From: Candidatus Saccharimonadota bacterium | GTDB taxonomy: Bacteria > Patescibacteriota > Saccharimonadia > Saccharimonadales > AWTP1-31 | DNA: 64,000 bases | Direction: 5' to 3' | NCBI GenBank assembly: GCA_026395435.1 | Contig: JAPLYT010000006.1 | Location: 31,587 to 95,586 of the forward strand | Shown here: piece after piece, positions 20,059 through 30,335 of the stretch | Layout of the letters: every line of letters begins with the position of its first letter | How positions within the stretch are numbered: position 1 is the stretch's first letter | Program-made: the position numbers and the translations under genes | The notes under the pieces: model-generated | Database searches by the model: none | Told to the model about the DNA's origin: nothing | Seen by the model: only the letters and a program-made list of their open reading frames with translations

Positions 20059-21837
20059 ATGCAATCCAAAATTCGTAATTTCTGCATTATTGCGCATATA
20101 GATCATGGTAAATCGACGCTTGCCGATCGTCTACTCGAACTTACCGGTACCGTCCAGAAACGCGATATGAAATCGCAGATGCTCGATAAGATGGATTTAG
20201 AGCGTGAACGCGGAATCACAATCAAATTAGCGCCAGTCCGCATGAAATATCAGGACTATGAGTTGAACCTGATTGATACACCGGGGCACGTCGACTTCAG
20301 CTATGAAGTATCACGGAGTTTAGAGGCGTGTGAAGGAGCGATACTAGTGGTTGACGCCAGCCAGGGAATTCAAGCCCAAACGCTGGCTAACGTCTATCTG
20401 GCTATGGCTGCCGATCTCGTCATTATCCCAGTTCTCAACAAAATAGACCTTCCGGCGGCAGATGTAGAGCGGGTGAGTGCTGAAGTTATTGCCCTCCTTG
20501 GTTGTGCCAAAGAAGACATTTTGCACATTAGCGCCAAGACCGGCATGGGTGTTGAGGCAGTTCTTGATAAAATCGTTGCTGAAGTCCCGGCCCCAACTGG
20601 TGGTGACGAATCAGCCACTCGAGCACTTATCTTCGACAGTTATTATGATGATTACCGCGGTGTTGTATTGTACGTGCGAGTGGTCGATGGTGAAATCAAA
20701 AAGGGAAGTGACATCCGCATGATGGCCACCAGTGCCAATGGTTTGGCGCTTGAGGTTGGATCGCTTGCCCCTGCCCTGTCTCCGGCACCAGTTTTGAAGA
20801 CGGGTGAGATCGGCTATATCGTCACCAACCTTCGTAGTACCCGGGAGGCAAAAGTGGGCGATACCGTCACACTATCGAATGCCCCCGCAGTCTCTGCCCT
20901 CCCCGGCTATAAAGATGTCAAGCCATTCGTCTACGCAGGGTTTTTCCCGGACAGTAACGAAAACTACCAGCTGCTGAAAGACGCTATCGAAAAACTGAGC
21001 CTCAGCGATTCCGCCTTGCAATACACTCCAGAAAATTCATCCGTGCTGGGCTTCGGTGTCCGCATTGGCTTCCTCGGATTACTCCACATGGATATTGTTC
21101 GTGAGCGGCTGGAGCGAGAGTATGACCTCGATCTCGTTATTACCAATCCATCCACGGATTATCAGCTGACACTCGTCAAAGATGAGGAAATGACCATTCG
21201 CAGTGCCAGTGAGCTGCCTGATCCATCTAAGATTATTGAAATACGAGAACCATGGATCAAGGGTGAAGTCGTGGTCCCTAAAGATTACGTCGGGGCTGTT
21301 ATCCAGCTTATTTCCGGCAAACGAGGCATCCAGAAAAACCTCAGTTATGTCGATGCCCAACTGGCGCTGGTTTCATTCGAGGCACCACTTGCCAACTTAC
21401 TTACAGACTTTTATGATCAACTCAAAAGCGTCACCAGCGGCTATGGAAGTTTCAACTACGAACTTGATGATTATCGAGCTGAAGACCTTGTGAAGGTAGA
21501 CTTCTACGTAGCCGGTGAGCCGGTCGAAGCACTCAGTGTGATGGTCCACCGCAGCGAATCACAACGGCTCGGACGAGAAGTAGTCGACAAACTCAAAGAT
21601 GTAATCCCGCGCCAAAACTTCCAAGTTGCCTTGCAAGCTGGAATTGGCGGCAAGTTTATCGCTCGGGCCGATCTCAGCGCCTACCGCAAAGACGTCACCA
21701 CCGGACTCTACGGTGGCGACGTATCTCGAAAGAAAAAGGTACTCGCTAAGCAAGCCAAAGGTAAAAAGCGCATGAAACGATTCGGTAAGGTCGACATTCC
21801 AGCCGAGGCGTTCACTGTCATGCTCAAGCGTGACTAG
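20059..21837 (+). CDS. lepA: elongation factor 4 (LepA)
   Basis: I moved the start to ATG 20059 (MQSKIRNFCIIAHIDHGKSTLADRL). G motifs DTPGH and NKID are present, as is the LepA C-terminal domain. The first 41 codons of the track ORF overlap murJ and look spurious. Confidence 0.95.
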   Translation: MQSKIRNFCIIAHIDHGKSTLADRLLELTGTVQKRDMKSQMLDKMDLERERGITIKLAPVRMKYQDYELNLIDTPGHVDFSYEVSRSLEACEGAILVVDASQGIQAQTLANVYLAMAADLVIIPVLNKIDLPAADVERVSAEVIALLGCAKEDILHISAKTGMGVEAVLDKIVAEVPAPTGGDESATRALIFDSYYDDYRGVVLYVRVVDGEIKKGSDIRMMATSANGLALEVGSLAPALSPAPVLKTGEIGYIVTNLRSTREAKVGDTVTLSNAPAVSALPGYKDVKPFVYAGFFPDSNENYQLLKDAIEKLSLSDSALQYTPENSSVLGFGVRIGFLGLLHMDIVRERLEREYDLDLVITNPSTDYQLTLVKDEEMTIRSASELPDPSKIIEIREPWIKGEVVVPKDYVGAVIQLISGKRGIQKNLSYVDAQLALVSFEAPLANLLTDFYDQLKSVTSGYGSFNYELDDYRAEDLVKVDFYVAGEPVEALSVMVHRSESQRLGREVVDKLKDVIPRQNFQVALQAGIGGKFIARADLSAYRKDVTTGLYGGDVSRKKKVLAKQAKGKKRMKRFGKVDIPAEAFTVMLKRD

Positions 21838-21847
21838 TAAAATATTT

Positions 21848-22333
21848 TTACGATCGAACAATAATGCGCGATGCAACAAGATCTTTTTTGTTGGTTGTTT
21901 TGGCGGTAAATACCGTTACATTAGCATCTTTTTTGAGTTCAGAAGGTTTGAGGGTTTTGGTTTGCTGGGTAATGAGCGTTTTGTCGCTCACTTGGATTGT
22001 TTCGATTTTCCCATTGATAAGTTTTACGGTAATTGATTTTGGATTGACGGTGCTCACTTTACCGATTACTGAATTTGGAAAAAGTGGATTGGATGAAAGG
22101 GCATTCAGAGGATTCAAGAACTGACCAATCTTGGTGTTAATTTGTTTGGCAGCCTCTTTTTTACCGATTTGGATACCCGAATAAAATGCAATACCGCTAC
22201 TTGCTATAAGAGCGATAACAACAGATACGCTGACGATGATTTGTTTTTTATGACGAACAATCGTATTCCTTTTTACTGCAGGTGCAGCTTGATCATTTGG
22301 CTGTTCTCTCACTCGGATCTCCTGTCGCAACAT
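21848..22333 (-). CDS. membrane-anchored hypothetical protein (161 aa)
   Basis: ORF-track ORF with a single N-terminal TM and a small beta-rich ectodomain. Confidence 0.5.
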   Translation of the reverse strand: MLRQEIRVREQPNDQAAPAVKRNTIVRHKKQIIVSVSVVIALIASSGIAFYSGIQIGKKEAAKQINTKIGQFLNPLNALSSNPLFPNSVIGKVSTVNPKSITVKLINGKIETIQVSDKTLITQQTKTLKPSELKKDANVTVFTAKTTNKKDLVASRIIVRS

Positions 22334-22400
22334 TAATACAAACTTAATTTTAGCATAACCGATATTTTTGCTACTGTATATAGGTAATAGATCTTATTTT

Positions 22401-25400
22401 ATGAAATCGCAGGCGTTAAAAAAATTTTTCGGGGGTTCTACTAAAAAGATTAGAATTTTAGGCGCTTCTTTGGCGCTTCTTTTTGCTGTTTTTGGAGGAG
22501 TTTATTACATTTCGGTTGTCAGCCCTAATACTGCACGTGCCTTTAGCGGTGGTGGATCAGGAACAGCAGACGATCCTTACCAGATTGCAACCTGCCAGCA
22601 ACTTCAAGATATGTCGCTTTCACCTTCTAGCAGCTACGTTTTGACCCAAGACATCGACTGTAACGAAACTATCGGTTGGAATGGGGGAGCAGGATTCCAA
22701 ATGGTGAACGTAGAAGGAGGCTTGGACGGTCGTAATTTTAGCGTCACCGGGCTCTATATAAATCGACCCAACGACTACTGCGTAGGAATAGTCTGCGAGC
22801 TCCATACTGGCTTTATCAAAAACATCCGTTTTTTGAATGGTCCGGCCACGGTAGGAACTATCGCAATAAATGGAGGTTCAAATGTTGGGGTGGTCGGCGG
22901 GAGTGCATACGAAGGCACCGAAATCAGTAATGTATACAGTGAATTGAATGTTCAGGCAAATGGTGTAGCAGGGGGTAATGTTAATCTCGGAGGTATTGTC
23001 GGGATCAATAGAGGGACGATATCTCATGCAGCAGTTACTGGCTCCGTTACATTAGCAACAACAAATCCCAGTGCGGACGGTAGGAGTGTCACTATTGGTG
23101 GGATAGTGGGTAGTATGGATGCCCTCACCGGTGCACCAAGCTTTCTGACAGACAGTTTCAGTACCGGCAATGTATCTATTGGTGCAAATGATCCAAATAG
23201 TTTTGCTGGTGAATTAGAGTGTGGAGGTATTCTTGGCCAAGCCTCTACAAGAGCATCCATAGCCAGAACGTACGCCACTGGTCGGATCGATTGCGACGCT
23301 AATAATACGGCCCGAGGAGGCTTGATCGGTAATTTATATAATGGACGAAATGTCGCTAACAATTCAACCGTCACCGACAGCTTTGCTACTGGTCGAATTG
23401 AGGGCACCAAAGGTAAAAAAGGTGGATTAATTGGTGGTTTAGATCGTAATAATGCTGAAGGCTATGACTTTAGTACAGACTATTTTGATGTAACCACTTC
23501 TACTCAAGCCGAATGCGTCGGCATTGTTACTAGTTTGTGTACAGGGGTCAATAGTGATGGTTCTGCGCCTGGCTACTTTACCGATAATAATGCACCGGTA
23601 TATACCAGGTGGGATCAACAAGCCGTCTGGCAATTCGATGGCGGTCTCCCAACGCTAAAGATCTTGCCGGTCCCCGCGAATCCACCTACAAACGTAGCGG
23701 TTATAAAAGATGGAAGAACGTTGAAAGTATCCTGGACAGAACCGATCATAGAGCCAGGAAGCCCCAATGTGATCTCTGATTATCAAATTTATTATCGCAA
23801 ACATGATCAATCTACCGACTGGCTACAATATGATGACGGCATTAGTACGACCACTCATGCTGATCTCGTAGGGCTAAACTTACCCGATACGTATGACTTT
23901 AGAGTGAAGGCCATTAACAACGCTTTGAGTGGTCTTTATTCTAGCGTCTTGACATTCTCAACAGGTGGTCCAGAAATCGCCCCCCAAAATATTCAAAATA
24001 CACGAGGCTCAAAAAGCCTAACCTTCACATGGTCAGCTGTCGATACTGCCGATAGTTATCAAATACGCTATCGTAAGACTGGAACGCAAGATTGGATCGA
24101 AAACGGCATTATTGAATATTCCAACCTTACCGCCAATATTCGTAGCCTGCAAGACACTACCGCCTATGAGGTCCAAATTCGGGCTATTAACACCCTAGGC
24201 GAAGGCCCATGGTCGACCACCATTGCCACTGCAACGGACAGTATCGTAGTCCGTACGATAACAAATTGCCAAGAACTGCAGAATATGAAAAACGATTTAG
24301 ACGGATCATATGTTTTGGCCAACAATATTGATTGTACTAATTTTAATGAGAATGGTAATCCAGCTGGTTTTCAGCCGGTGGGCAATGGCAAACTATTTTT
24401 TGATGGTTCGCTCGATGGTAAAAACTTTACGATCTCAAATTTGACTATCAACGACACAGTCAGCAACGATGGTACAGAATATCAAGGGGCAGGGATCTTT
24501 GGCGTGGTCGCCGGAGCATCAATCAAAGACATTACTATCAGTAATAGCTCAGTCACTGGGTACGCTACTCTAGCGCCTTCAGTCGATACAGACGGCAATG
24601 GACTACCCGATGCTCCTCAAGTACCTATTGATGTCAACAACATTACCCTGCCAACAATGGAAAATATTACTACCGGTGGTCAAAAGTTATTGGATGGCAC
24701 GCAGACGATCTCACGCTGGGCAGTGGGATCGGTTGCAGGGGTGATCGGTGGTACGGGAACTTATTCCAATATCCGCGTCAATAACAGTGTCGTGAGTGGG
24801 GCAGTGAGCGGTGGAGTGTTTGGTACCGTTATACCGCTTGCTACTTTTATCGAACTGAATGGATCTACGAATACTCTTGGCGATGAAGCCGCATCGCTGA
24901 CCCTAGATTCGATCACATCGAATGGGGCCATCTATGGGTTTATTTCTGGCGGACTGATTGGAATAGCGGCTACAAAGCCAAATCTAGCATCGGTTGATCC
25001 AGGGATATTGAAAATACAAAATAGTTCATCTTCGGCAAGCGTAGACGCGAACATTGGCGGTGGACTTGTCGGCTTTGGGTCTTCTCTAGGGGCCTTGTCT
25101 TTACTGAGCTCCCTTGGTAACGGTACGACCCCTTCCGGCGGCTATGATTCTCTCAATTACAAAAGTGTTATCATCAAAAATTCTTTTGCTACGGGTAATG
25201 TCAGTGCCTGTCAGGCGCCAAGTGAAATTCGGGTTGCAGCACTCGGCGGACTGATTGGTGTAGGCTCCGGTATCAAGATAGAATCTTCTTCTGCCTCAGG
25301 TAACGTCAGTGCCTGTTCGGCAAATAACCTACAGGATCAATTTTTCGGTAATGTTTACGGAGGAGCCATGGGCGGTCTGAGCGGTGCACTGATATTCTCT

Positions 25401-28400
25401 AAGATATCCGATAGTCACGCCTCGGGTAGTGTCACTGCTATTGATGACGCCCCATCCGATACAGACAAATATCAAACCTACGTTGGTATCAGTGGAGGCC
25501 TTTCGGGCATTTTGCTTAACTCTGTCAATAATACCGATGCAGAGACTGTCAGTAATAGCTACGCTACCGGAGATGTGTCGTCTGAAAGTGCTACCGGGCT
25601 ATTGTCTATCAATGCTGGCCTCGTTGGACTATACCTTGGCAATGGAGTAATACAATCATCCTATGCGACCGGTAATGTACGAAATACCATGCAGAGTGGG
25701 TCCGTCCTGGGGGCGTCAATTTCTGGCGGCCTAGTCGGAACCGGTATTGGAATCGATGGAACCTATATAACTAATATTGTTACCAACAACTATCAAAATC
25801 AATCTTCGCCATATACGTTTGCTCGCACATCTGGGCTGGTTATCAATAACTCCTATGCAAAAGGGGAGGTCCGTAATACAAAAGTTGGTTCAGGGAGTCT
25901 CGTAACTATTGCGGGAGGGGCTACGGGATTACTGGCAGGGCAAGTGACCTTGGCTAATTCACATGCATTAGGAAATGTCGTGAACATAAACAGTAGTACA
26001 TTGAACTTGGATACGGGCGCTACGAATGATACGATTGTCGATATTCTTCGAAAAAACAACATTGATCTTTCCATAGCGGGTGGTCTGAGCGGCGTGACGA
26101 TTGGCATAGACCCCACCGTAATTATTAGTGGTTCTCCCGCTGGTGGCTCAGGTCTTCCTGATATCATTGATGTCTCAAAATTACCGCCAGCTATACGTAT
26201 CGAAAGCGCCTATGCCACTGGGTCGGTAAATGGCAATATTGCTGGCGGCTTAGTAGGATCGGGTTTGCTTTCGCTGAGTATCAATAAATCATACGCTACT
26301 GGTGACGTGCAGGGTGCGTTTGCAGGAGGTATCGCAGGATCGGTAGATAGTGCCACGGTTGCACTAGCCACCAAAGTAATACCCTATTTGGTCGGTGTTT
26401 TTAATTTTAATAATCCAGGTTCTCCGTTTACTGATTATGTATGGCTATTGTCTAGTCCAACAGTAATCTATCCATTTACCTCAGGCATAACGACAACCAT
26501 TTCTAATACCTATTCCACGGGTAATATCACCGGTGTTCGTAAGCTAGCCGAAATTAATCGACTGAAGACCACACCCACGCTACCAGTCATTAATGGCACT
26601 GATGTCAATACGCCGAGTGTGATCGGTGGTATTGTAGGTGTATTCTCGGCTGCTGGCGGAAGCATTGAAAATTCTTATTCAGCCGGCAAGATGACCATGC
26701 CTGCCATCGACTCGCCATCAAAAGATCGTCAACCAGGAACAATTAAGTTGCCAGAACTGCCTGCCATCGCCGGTGGTATCGTAGGGCTGGACGTAGCCTT
26801 ACCACAGACAATGACCAATGTAGAGTATGAAATACTCATAGAAAAAACTTGTGGTCCATTAGACTCAAATGTTATTGATCCGCAATGCATATTGAATATC
26901 AATGCTAATAATTTGGTCAAAAAAGCACAAACAATTCGTAACGTCTTTTCGGCATCGCAATTGATCGTCTCAGACGATACCGTAAGTGCAGGCTATTCGG
27001 GATTGACACTATCACCACTGGGGACGCTAGCGGGCGACAGTATCAAGGATACTGATATTTTGAAGACACCAAACAATTATTTCGATCGATCAAAGATCTC
27101 CCTTGACCGCTGTTCAGGGCCAAATGGTGGCGCCTATGATCTTGCAAACACGGTCTTGAAATCGACGTATATTCCAGATGGTCAAGACCAGAACACGCTA
27201 CCAAGTACAATACCGAATGAGTGGAAAAGTACCTACATTGACCCTGTGCTCAAAAAACCGGAATGCACGGCGGTTAACAAAAACAATTCCCAGCCAAATT
27301 ACTTCATAAACAATAAGGCTAATGCGCCACTTAATAGCTGGAACTTTACTAATCTTTGGTATACCCAAGCCAAGGATTATCCTAAATTCGTCGCTGGTGC
27401 CGTGACAGTCACCCCAAACACTCCTGCACCTGTGGTGCCGCCAGTTCCCTCGCCTCCAGCTGAAGATGTTCCGACACCAACACCGACACCAACAACGACC
27501 GCCAAGCCAAGTCCAATACTTACTTCGATCATTCGTAATATCGCCATCAAGCAGAACCCGGTAAAATCTGATATCAAACAAGTTCGTGGCCTCAAGACGC
27601 TACTGGCCAATGTGCCAATATTTATTGCCCGCAGCATTCCGTACACGCTCATCTTGGCGTTACTTATCCTAGCTTCATTATATTCATGGCAAGCACTACA
27701 GGCATATAGTGAGCTCCGAACGTTCCATAAAAATATCATGCGGGTGCTCGACACCAAAGAAGCAGTCGAGAATTATCTGGCTATTACTACTCACTATCTC
27801 AACACTCCTGCAGCCATTATGGGTGGGGCGGTGGAATTGCTCGAGTCACTCAAAAAGATATCAGCCGCCCAGGCCAAGTCACTCAAGCAAAGCATTAAGA
27901 AATTTGCCGATGATGCTGCTCAACTGCTGGTTGCTAATCAGGTTTCCGGAGCCCAGGCAAACAATGACGAGCTGAAACTTAAGCAGCACCAAAAGAATCC
28001 ACTCCAGGCGCCAGGCGTTTGGGTGCCTGCACTGATCGCCTTTGGATTGATTGCCCTTGCGAACGCTCTCTTCATCTATGCAGATGTATTTAACACTTCA
28101 CCGTATCGTTTTGCAGTCGAATTTGGACTGTTCGCCCTCAGTGTTGGCCTGGTTGCCCTTGCCTATCGGTATCGCAACTTCCTGGAAGCATCAAAAGAGT
28201 TGGCCCGAAACCAACTGAAATTAGAAGCCCAGCTGTACAACAAGCGAACTGCTTTCTTGCCACAAGCGACCAAAGTAACTACAGAAAATTCTCGCGCATT
28301 ACAGCTTGCCAGTGCTCCGCTAAAATCAGCCCCAGAAGCCAAACTATTCTTTAACGGTCTTGCGATGCTCACAGGAATTAGCACAGGGCTCGCAAACCTC

Positions 28401-28937
28401 GAAAAATTTGCAGACTTCAACGCTAAGCCTCCGTTGTTTGATATCAGCAGTTTTGCTAAGAAGGCAGTCGCCAATGTGTCCGTACAAGCAAAAGCCAAGA
28501 ATTTGACTATAAACACCGAAGTAGACGCCGGACTTGTATCACGAATCCAGCCAGAAGAAATCCGTCAACTCGTAGAGTCGCTCCTTGATAACGCCGTTAA
28601 ATTTAGCAATGACAATGGCGTCGTTGGCCTCAATATCTACCGTAAATTCAACAAACTGGTGATTAGCGTGAGCGACACTGGTTCAGGAATCTCAGAACAT
28701 AAACTTCCGAGCCTACTAAAACCGTTTACTCGGGGCACCGATTCTATGCAGTACAATCACGAAGGATTGGGCCTCGGTCTATACTCAAACAAGGTTATTG
28801 TTGATAAGCTTGGTGGAACCATCCGGATTGATAGCAAAGTGGGCAAGGGTACGACTGTGACAGTCACGGTGCCAAGCCGCCACGATGCGGTAGCATTTGC
28901 CCCGGTATTTATAAATCCGGATACTACACCAGCTTAG
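22401..28937 (+). CDS. giant (~2178 aa) surface GLUG-repeat/FN3 protein fused to a membrane-embedded histidine-kinase core
   Basis: ATG 22401 is preferred over the TTG at 22368. Signal peptide ...SPNTARA/FSGGG. There are two head modules (GTADDPYQIATCQQLQDM..., VRTITNCQELQNMKND...). Dozens of GG[IL][IVLS]G GLUG-like repeats. Two FN3 domains (~23700..24225). Pro-rich stalk (~27405..27500). Three TM helices. HATPase_c motifs are N box LLDNAVKFS, G1 DTGSGI and G2 GLGLGL (28560..28900). Confidence 0.8.
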   Translation: MKSQALKKFFGGSTKKIRILGASLALLFAVFGGVYYISVVSPNTARAFSGGGSGTADDPYQIATCQQLQDMSLSPSSSYVLTQDIDCNETIGWNGGAGFQMVNVEGGLDGRNFSVTGLYINRPNDYCVGIVCELHTGFIKNIRFLNGPATVGTIAINGGSNVGVVGGSAYEGTEISNVYSELNVQANGVAGGNVNLGGIVGINRGTISHAAVTGSVTLATTNPSADGRSVTIGGIVGSMDALTGAPSFLTDSFSTGNVSIGANDPNSFAGELECGGILGQASTRASIARTYATGRIDCDANNTARGGLIGNLYNGRNVANNSTVTDSFATGRIEGTKGKKGGLIGGLDRNNAEGYDFSTDYFDVTTSTQAECVGIVTSLCTGVNSDGSAPGYFTDNNAPVYTRWDQQAVWQFDGGLPTLKILPVPANPPTNVAVIKDGRTLKVSWTEPIIEPGSPNVISDYQIYYRKHDQSTDWLQYDDGISTTTHADLVGLNLPDTYDFRVKAINNALSGLYSSVLTFSTGGPEIAPQNIQNTRGSKSLTFTWSAVDTADSYQIRYRKTGTQDWIENGIIEYSNLTANIRSLQDTTAYEVQIRAINTLGEGPWSTTIATATDSIVVRTITNCQELQNMKNDLDGSYVLANNIDCTNFNENGNPAGFQPVGNGKLFFDGSLDGKNFTISNLTINDTVSNDGTEYQGAGIFGVVAGASIKDITISNSSVTGYATLAPSVDTDGNGLPDAPQVPIDVNNITLPTMENITTGGQKLLDGTQTISRWAVGSVAGVIGGTGTYSNIRVNNSVVSGAVSGGVFGTVIPLATFIELNGSTNTLGDEAASLTLDSITSNGAIYGFISGGLIGIAATKPNLASVDPGILKIQNSSSSASVDANIGGGLVGFGSSLGALSLLSSLGNGTTPSGGYDSLNYKSVIIKNSFATGNVSACQAPSEIRVAALGGLIGVGSGIKIESSSASGNVSACSANNLQDQFFGNVYGGAMGGLSGALIFSKISDSHASGSVTAIDDAPSDTDKYQTYVGISGGLSGILLNSVNNTDAETVSNSYATGDVSSESATGLLSINAGLVGLYLGNGVIQSSYATGNVRNTMQSGSVLGASISGGLVGTGIGIDGTYITNIVTNNYQNQSSPYTFARTSGLVINNSYAKGEVRNTKVGSGSLVTIAGGATGLLAGQVTLANSHALGNVVNINSSTLNLDTGATNDTIVDILRKNNIDLSIAGGLSGVTIGIDPTVIISGSPAGGSGLPDIIDVSKLPPAIRIESAYATGSVNGNIAGGLVGSGLLSLSINKSYATGDVQGAFAGGIAGSVDSATVALATKVIPYLVGVFNFNNPGSPFTDYVWLLSSPTVIYPFTSGITTTISNTYSTGNITGVRKLAEINRLKTTPTLPVINGTDVNTPSVIGGIVGVFSAAGGSIENSYSAGKMTMPAIDSPSKDRQPGTIKLPELPAIAGGIVGLDVALPQTMTNVEYEILIEKTCGPLDSNVIDPQCILNINANNLVKKAQTIRNVFSASQLIVSDDTVSAGYSGLTLSPLGTLAGDSIKDTDILKTPNNYFDRSKISLDRCSGPNGGAYDLANTVLKSTYIPDGQDQNTLPSTIPNEWKSTYIDPVLKKPECTAVNKNNSQPNYFINNKANAPLNSWNFTNLWYTQAKDYPKFVAGAVTVTPNTPAPVVPPVPSPPAEDVPTPTPTPTTTAKPSPILTSIIRNIAIKQNPVKSDIKQVRGLKTLLANVPIFIARSIPYTLILALLILASLYSWQALQAYSELRTFHKNIMRVLDTKEAVENYLAITTHYLNTPAAIMGGAVELLESLKKISAAQAKSLKQSIKKFADDAAQLLVANQVSGAQANNDELKLKQHQKNPLQAPGVWVPALIAFGLIALANALFIYADVFNTSPYRFAVEFGLFALSVGLVALAYRYRNFLEASKELARNQLKLEAQLYNKRTAFLPQATKVTTENSRALQLASAPLKSAPEAKLFFNGLAMLTGISTGLANLEKFADFNAKPPLFDISSFAKKAVANVSVQAKAKNLTINTEVDAGLVSRIQPEEIRQLVESLLDNAVKFSNDNGVVGLNIYRKFNKLVISVSDTGSGISEHKLPSLLKPFTRGTDSMQYNHEGLGLGLYSNKVIVDKLGGTIRIDSKVGKGTTVTVTVPSRHDAVAFAPVFINPDTTPA

Positions 28938-29068
28938 TCTTACGCCTCTCGACTGCATCGGCACATTTGTATGAACAGACACTACGTGGGCTAACTTGGT
29001 ACGCCCGTCTACCGTTCGCTGATGCTGTTCATTACAAATGACCTATGAGTCACGACGTTAATACCTAT

Positions 29069-29106
29069 AGGTTTCTCCTCTAACAGATGGGAGAAATGTG
29101 GGTTAG
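29069..29106 (+). repeat. 38-nt 'tail' motif, copy 2 (aggtttctcctctaacagatgggagaaatgtgggttag)
   Basis: 32/38 identical to 15435..15472. Contains the stem TTTCTCC/GGAGAAA. Its last bases overlap the bcp stop codon. No A-core lies upstream. Confidence 0.65.
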
Positions 29107-29561
29107 GCTTTTTGGAGTTCTTGGAGGTCGGTGATGATCTGCGCAGCATGGGTGACCGGGTTTACTCCCAGATATTCGCGGACGATCTCTCCGGCAGGGC
29201 TGATGATGAATGTATTGCGCAGAATTCCTTGATATGTTTTGCCCATGAACTTTTTTTGGCCCCATGATTTGTAGGCAGTAATCATGTCGCCACTTTCGTC
29301 ACTGAGCAACGTAAAGTTGAGGTTGTGTTTCTCGATAAACTTTAAGTGGCTCGAAGGGGTGTCTTTGCTGACTCCTACCACAACGGAATTGCCGAGACTG
29401 GCGATTTGATCGCGCGCATCACGGAAGTTACAGGCTTCTTTGGTACAGCCAGGTGTATTATCCTTAGGGTAAAAATAGAGTACTAGCCATTGTCCTTTGT
29501 AGTCGGCTAAGGAGCGGATAGTTCCATTTTGATCTGGTAGTGAAAATTCTAATGCTTTCAT
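29103..29561 (-). CDS. bcp: thiol peroxidase / peroxiredoxin, Bcp type
   Basis: FYPKDNTPGCTKEAC peroxidatic-Cys motif; 152 aa. Confidence 0.85.
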   Translation of the reverse strand: MKALEFSLPDQNGTIRSLADYKGQWLVLYFYPKDNTPGCTKEACNFRDARDQIASLGNSVVVGVSKDTPSSHLKFIEKHNLNFTLLSDESGDMITAYKSWGQKKFMGKTYQGILRNTFIISPAGEIVREYLGVNPVTHAAQIITDLQELQKA

Positions 29562-29590
29562 AGGGTCCTCGTTTCTGCTATAACTGTACC

Positions 29591-30304
29591 ATGGAAATAC
29601 AGCTCAAAAATAAACAAGAATTCATTTCAGTTCTAAAAAACTATACGATCTCTGATGATCATCGCACGTCTCTTGGTGACATCACACTCGTCTTGCTGGT
29701 CGGCATCACTGGTTCAGGCAAGAACGCCATTATGCATCGCCTGAGCGAGAGCGGGGAGTTCCACGTGGTCGTATCAGATACTACCCGCCCCCCACGAGCT
29801 GGTGAGCAGAACGGTCGTGAATACTGGTTTAGGAGCGAAGCCGATGTACTTGCAGACCTCCGGAATGGGAGGTTTGTGGAGGCCGCTCTCATCCATAATC
29901 AGCAAGTTTCAGGCACGAACACGCGCGAGTTTGAAGAGGCATTAAGCCAGCACAAAATCGCCCTCAACGAGGTGGATGTGATGGGTATCGAAAATTTTTT
30001 GAAAGCCAAGCCAGACATTATCCCCATTTTCCTCATCCCTCCATCGATAGAAATATGGCAAGAACGGCTTCATAAAAGAGGTGAAATGTCGCCTGAGGAT
30101 CTTAAAAATCGGCTCAAGAGTTCCCTCGTTGAGATCAAGACCGCTCTCGAAAAACCGTACTATCATTTTCTGATCAACGACAACCTTGAAGATGCTATAC
30201 ATGGAGTTCGGAAAATATCGAAGGGAATCATCAATGCAGAACACGATGCCCATGGCCGACAAGTCGCTCAAGAGTTATTGAAAAAAATAGAAACAATGGT
30301 ATAA
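29591..30304 (+). CDS. guanylate-kinase-like protein
   Basis: P-loop GITGSGKN, then SDTTRPPRAGEQNGREYWF and VEAALIHNQQVSGT, as in Gmk. It is longer than the canonical enzyme, so substrate is uncertain. Confidence 0.6.
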   Translation: MEIQLKNKQEFISVLKNYTISDDHRTSLGDITLVLLVGITGSGKNAIMHRLSESGEFHVVVSDTTRPPRAGEQNGREYWFRSEADVLADLRNGRFVEAALIHNQQVSGTNTREFEEALSQHKIALNEVDVMGIENFLKAKPDIIPIFLIPPSIEIWQERLHKRGEMSPEDLKNRLKSSLVEIKTALEKPYYHFLINDNLEDAIHGVRKISKGIINAEHDAHGRQVAQELLKKIETMV

Positions 30305-30335
30305 TAAAAAAATTCATGTATGTTAAAGGGATGCA

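Noticed and set aside
28999-29007. GTACGCCCG, which matches the reverse complement of part of the B-unit end (CGGGCGTAC)
   Set aside because: The match is only 9 nt with no flanking similarity, which is within chance expectation for a 64-kb window read on both strands.
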